DNA of 64,000 bases, from contig CBDHDG010000005.1 of assembly GCA_965261595.1 (NCBI GenBank), positions 672,001-736,000 of the forward strand, written 5' to 3'. Within the stretch, counting starts at the first letter, position 1; every line of letters starts with the position of its first letter. The notes beneath the pieces are model-generated. The model was not told the DNA's origin, searched no databases, and saw only the letters and a program-made list of their open reading frames with translations. Source of the stretch: a bacterium (GTDB taxonomy: Bacteria > UBA8248 > JACPRG01 > G963555815). Shown here piece by piece: positions 62,492-64,000 of the stretch. The translations under genes and the position numbers were made by a program.

Positions 62492-63824
62492 TTAGACAGG
62501 TACGGGCCGCAATCGGTTGATTCGGTCCAGGATGATGGCGAACTCTTCCCTGGATACCGCTACTTCGGCCAATTGAAAGATGATCTGCCGGGCGTGCCGC
62601 ACAATCCTCCCGCCCATTTTGATGAGCTTGACCTGGAGGCTTCGCAGCGACCAGTGCTTGAGCCCCCTGGGCAAGGCTAGCCTGCGCAGGAAATTGCCCA
62701 GGTTGTACGCCAGGACGAAGAGAAGGAGCCGCACCTGGTTGCACACGAACCGGTGACAGGAAAGGCGTGTCCAGTTCAGGGCGTACTTGCCTTCCTTGAT
62801 CCATTGCTCGGCTGTGCCTCGCTGGTTGTAGAAGTGCACGACCCCCTCGGGTCGAGCCGTCAGGTTCGTGACAATGAATCCGACGCGAGGGAAGAGTTCG
62901 CCTGAGTGCCATTCCACCTTCGCCACGACCCGCCGGGAACGGTCCCAGCTTCCAGCCTGATACCGGAAGTCGTAATAGAAGATGATGGGTCTCTTGGGCG
63001 GGCGACCGACCGGGCGGGTGAGGAGGAAGTCGATCTCTCGCTGCACCACGTCGTTGGCGGGAAGGCGGATGGCGTAATGGAAGCTGTGCGCTTCCAGGCA
63101 CTCATAAACCTCCGGGCGCGCAAAGGCGGCATCGGCTCGGAAGTAACGGCGAACACCCGCCCGCTCATACCGGGCCGCGATGGGCGAAAGCAACTCGCGC
63201 CAGCCATCGGCGCTGTGCACGTTGCCGGGGCGCAACATCGCCCCTTCGCAGTCCCCGAACTGGTTAAAGCAAAAAAGAGGGTGATAACAGGTGCAACGAA
63301 AGTGGCCGTTGTAGGCCGTACCTTCCTGCTCCCCATGGACGGGGCTTTCCGAGCTGTCCATGTCCAGGATGATTCGCTGATGGGGTGAGTGTGCCATGGC
63401 CCGGTCCACCCACTCCCGGTTCAGCTCGCTCCGGCCCCTTGAGATTCTCCTCCCTGGTGAGAACCTCGGTCTCGAACCGGCTCAGGGTGTTGGCGCCCGC
63501 CGCCTGCTTCTCAAGCGCTCGGCGGCCGACCACGGCTTGCATCGCGGGGTCCTGGGCCAACCGCTCGGCATCGTTGGTGTCTTCATACCCTGCCAAGCGG
63601 CTATAGACCGACTGGCGCAATAGCGGCGCCAACTCATGCTGGATGTTCCGGCCATGACGGATCTCTTGCAATTGCACTGGCGCTCTCACCGTCAAACCCA
63701 GCGCATCATCCAGCTCCCGGCAGGCCAGCAATCCCGCATCCGAAGTGATTCTGGTTCCGTGAAACTCAAGCCTCAGCCGACGGTCAAAACGGATCTTCAA
63801 AGCCCCCTTCTTCGCTTCACCCAT
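62492..63824 (-). pseudogene. IS1380-family DDE transposase, frameshifted at ~63430
   Basis: ITSDAGLL, LAGYEDTNDA, ILDMDSS, YHPLFCF, RADAAF and FYNQRGTAEQWIKEGK. Confidence 0.85.
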
Positions 63825-64000
63825 TGGGTCCCCTCGCAAGATGATGGCAGGGGGAGGCCAACACCTTGATCTTACACGAGAAAACGGCATTCGGTCCGAC
63901 AAAACTTATGATCCATATGGGAAATGCGGGTAGAGTGAAGGCCCAGAGCAGAAGTTGGACGATATTTGAGGCGGGCTGGGTAGTCCGCGTCCAAAGTGGC

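Larger units (their letters stand above)
62250..63930 (-). mobile_element. IS1380-family element
   Basis: IRs CCGGAATTTCCCATAT (62250-62265) and CCCGCATTTCCCATAT (reverse complement of 63915-63930). No TSD found. Confidence 0.85.

Noticed and set aside
1..64000. CRISPR array, tRNA/rRNA or prophage
   Set aside because: I saw no regularly spaced direct repeats, structural RNA signatures or phage structural genes by eye. A covariance search was not run.

Overview
GC-rich bacterial window with many catabolic and redox genes and many IS elements. No rRNA, tRNA or CRISPR array was recognised. Order of content: (1) A YgeY/YgeW-led catabolic cluster: opine dehydrogenase, deaminase, amidohydrolase, LLM oxidoreductase, IadA-like protein and UbiD. 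(2) A BNR protein, LigAB-like dioxygenase and an MBL hydrolase. (3) A GrdB/PrdB-like selenoprotein that the ORF track splits at an in-frame TGA followed by a SECIS-like hairpin. (4) A hybrid histidine kinase, a Mo-hydroxylase large subunit, pntAA/AB/B, yjbQ and a second UbiD. (5) A sulfatase gene split by a transposase-deleted IS1595-family cargo cassette (23-bp IRs, 8-bp TSD) carrying a ClpP-like protease and a lipoprotein. (6) A DtxR / di-heme peroxidase-like / PhnDCE-like operon. (7) Further oxidoreductases, an acyl-CoA ligase and a NarL regulator. (8) A truncated type I hsdM and an HU remnant next to an IS3 element containing a nested IS110 with a candidate bridge RNA. (9) A DUF1302/DUF1329/YCF48/RND operon directly downstream of an IS1380 outward promoter. 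Four near-identical 1.4-kb IS3-family copies with a non-canonical left end are spread through the window. Many single-base frameshifts could be pseudogenisation or sequencing error. All family assignments come from motif recognition by eye; no searches were run.
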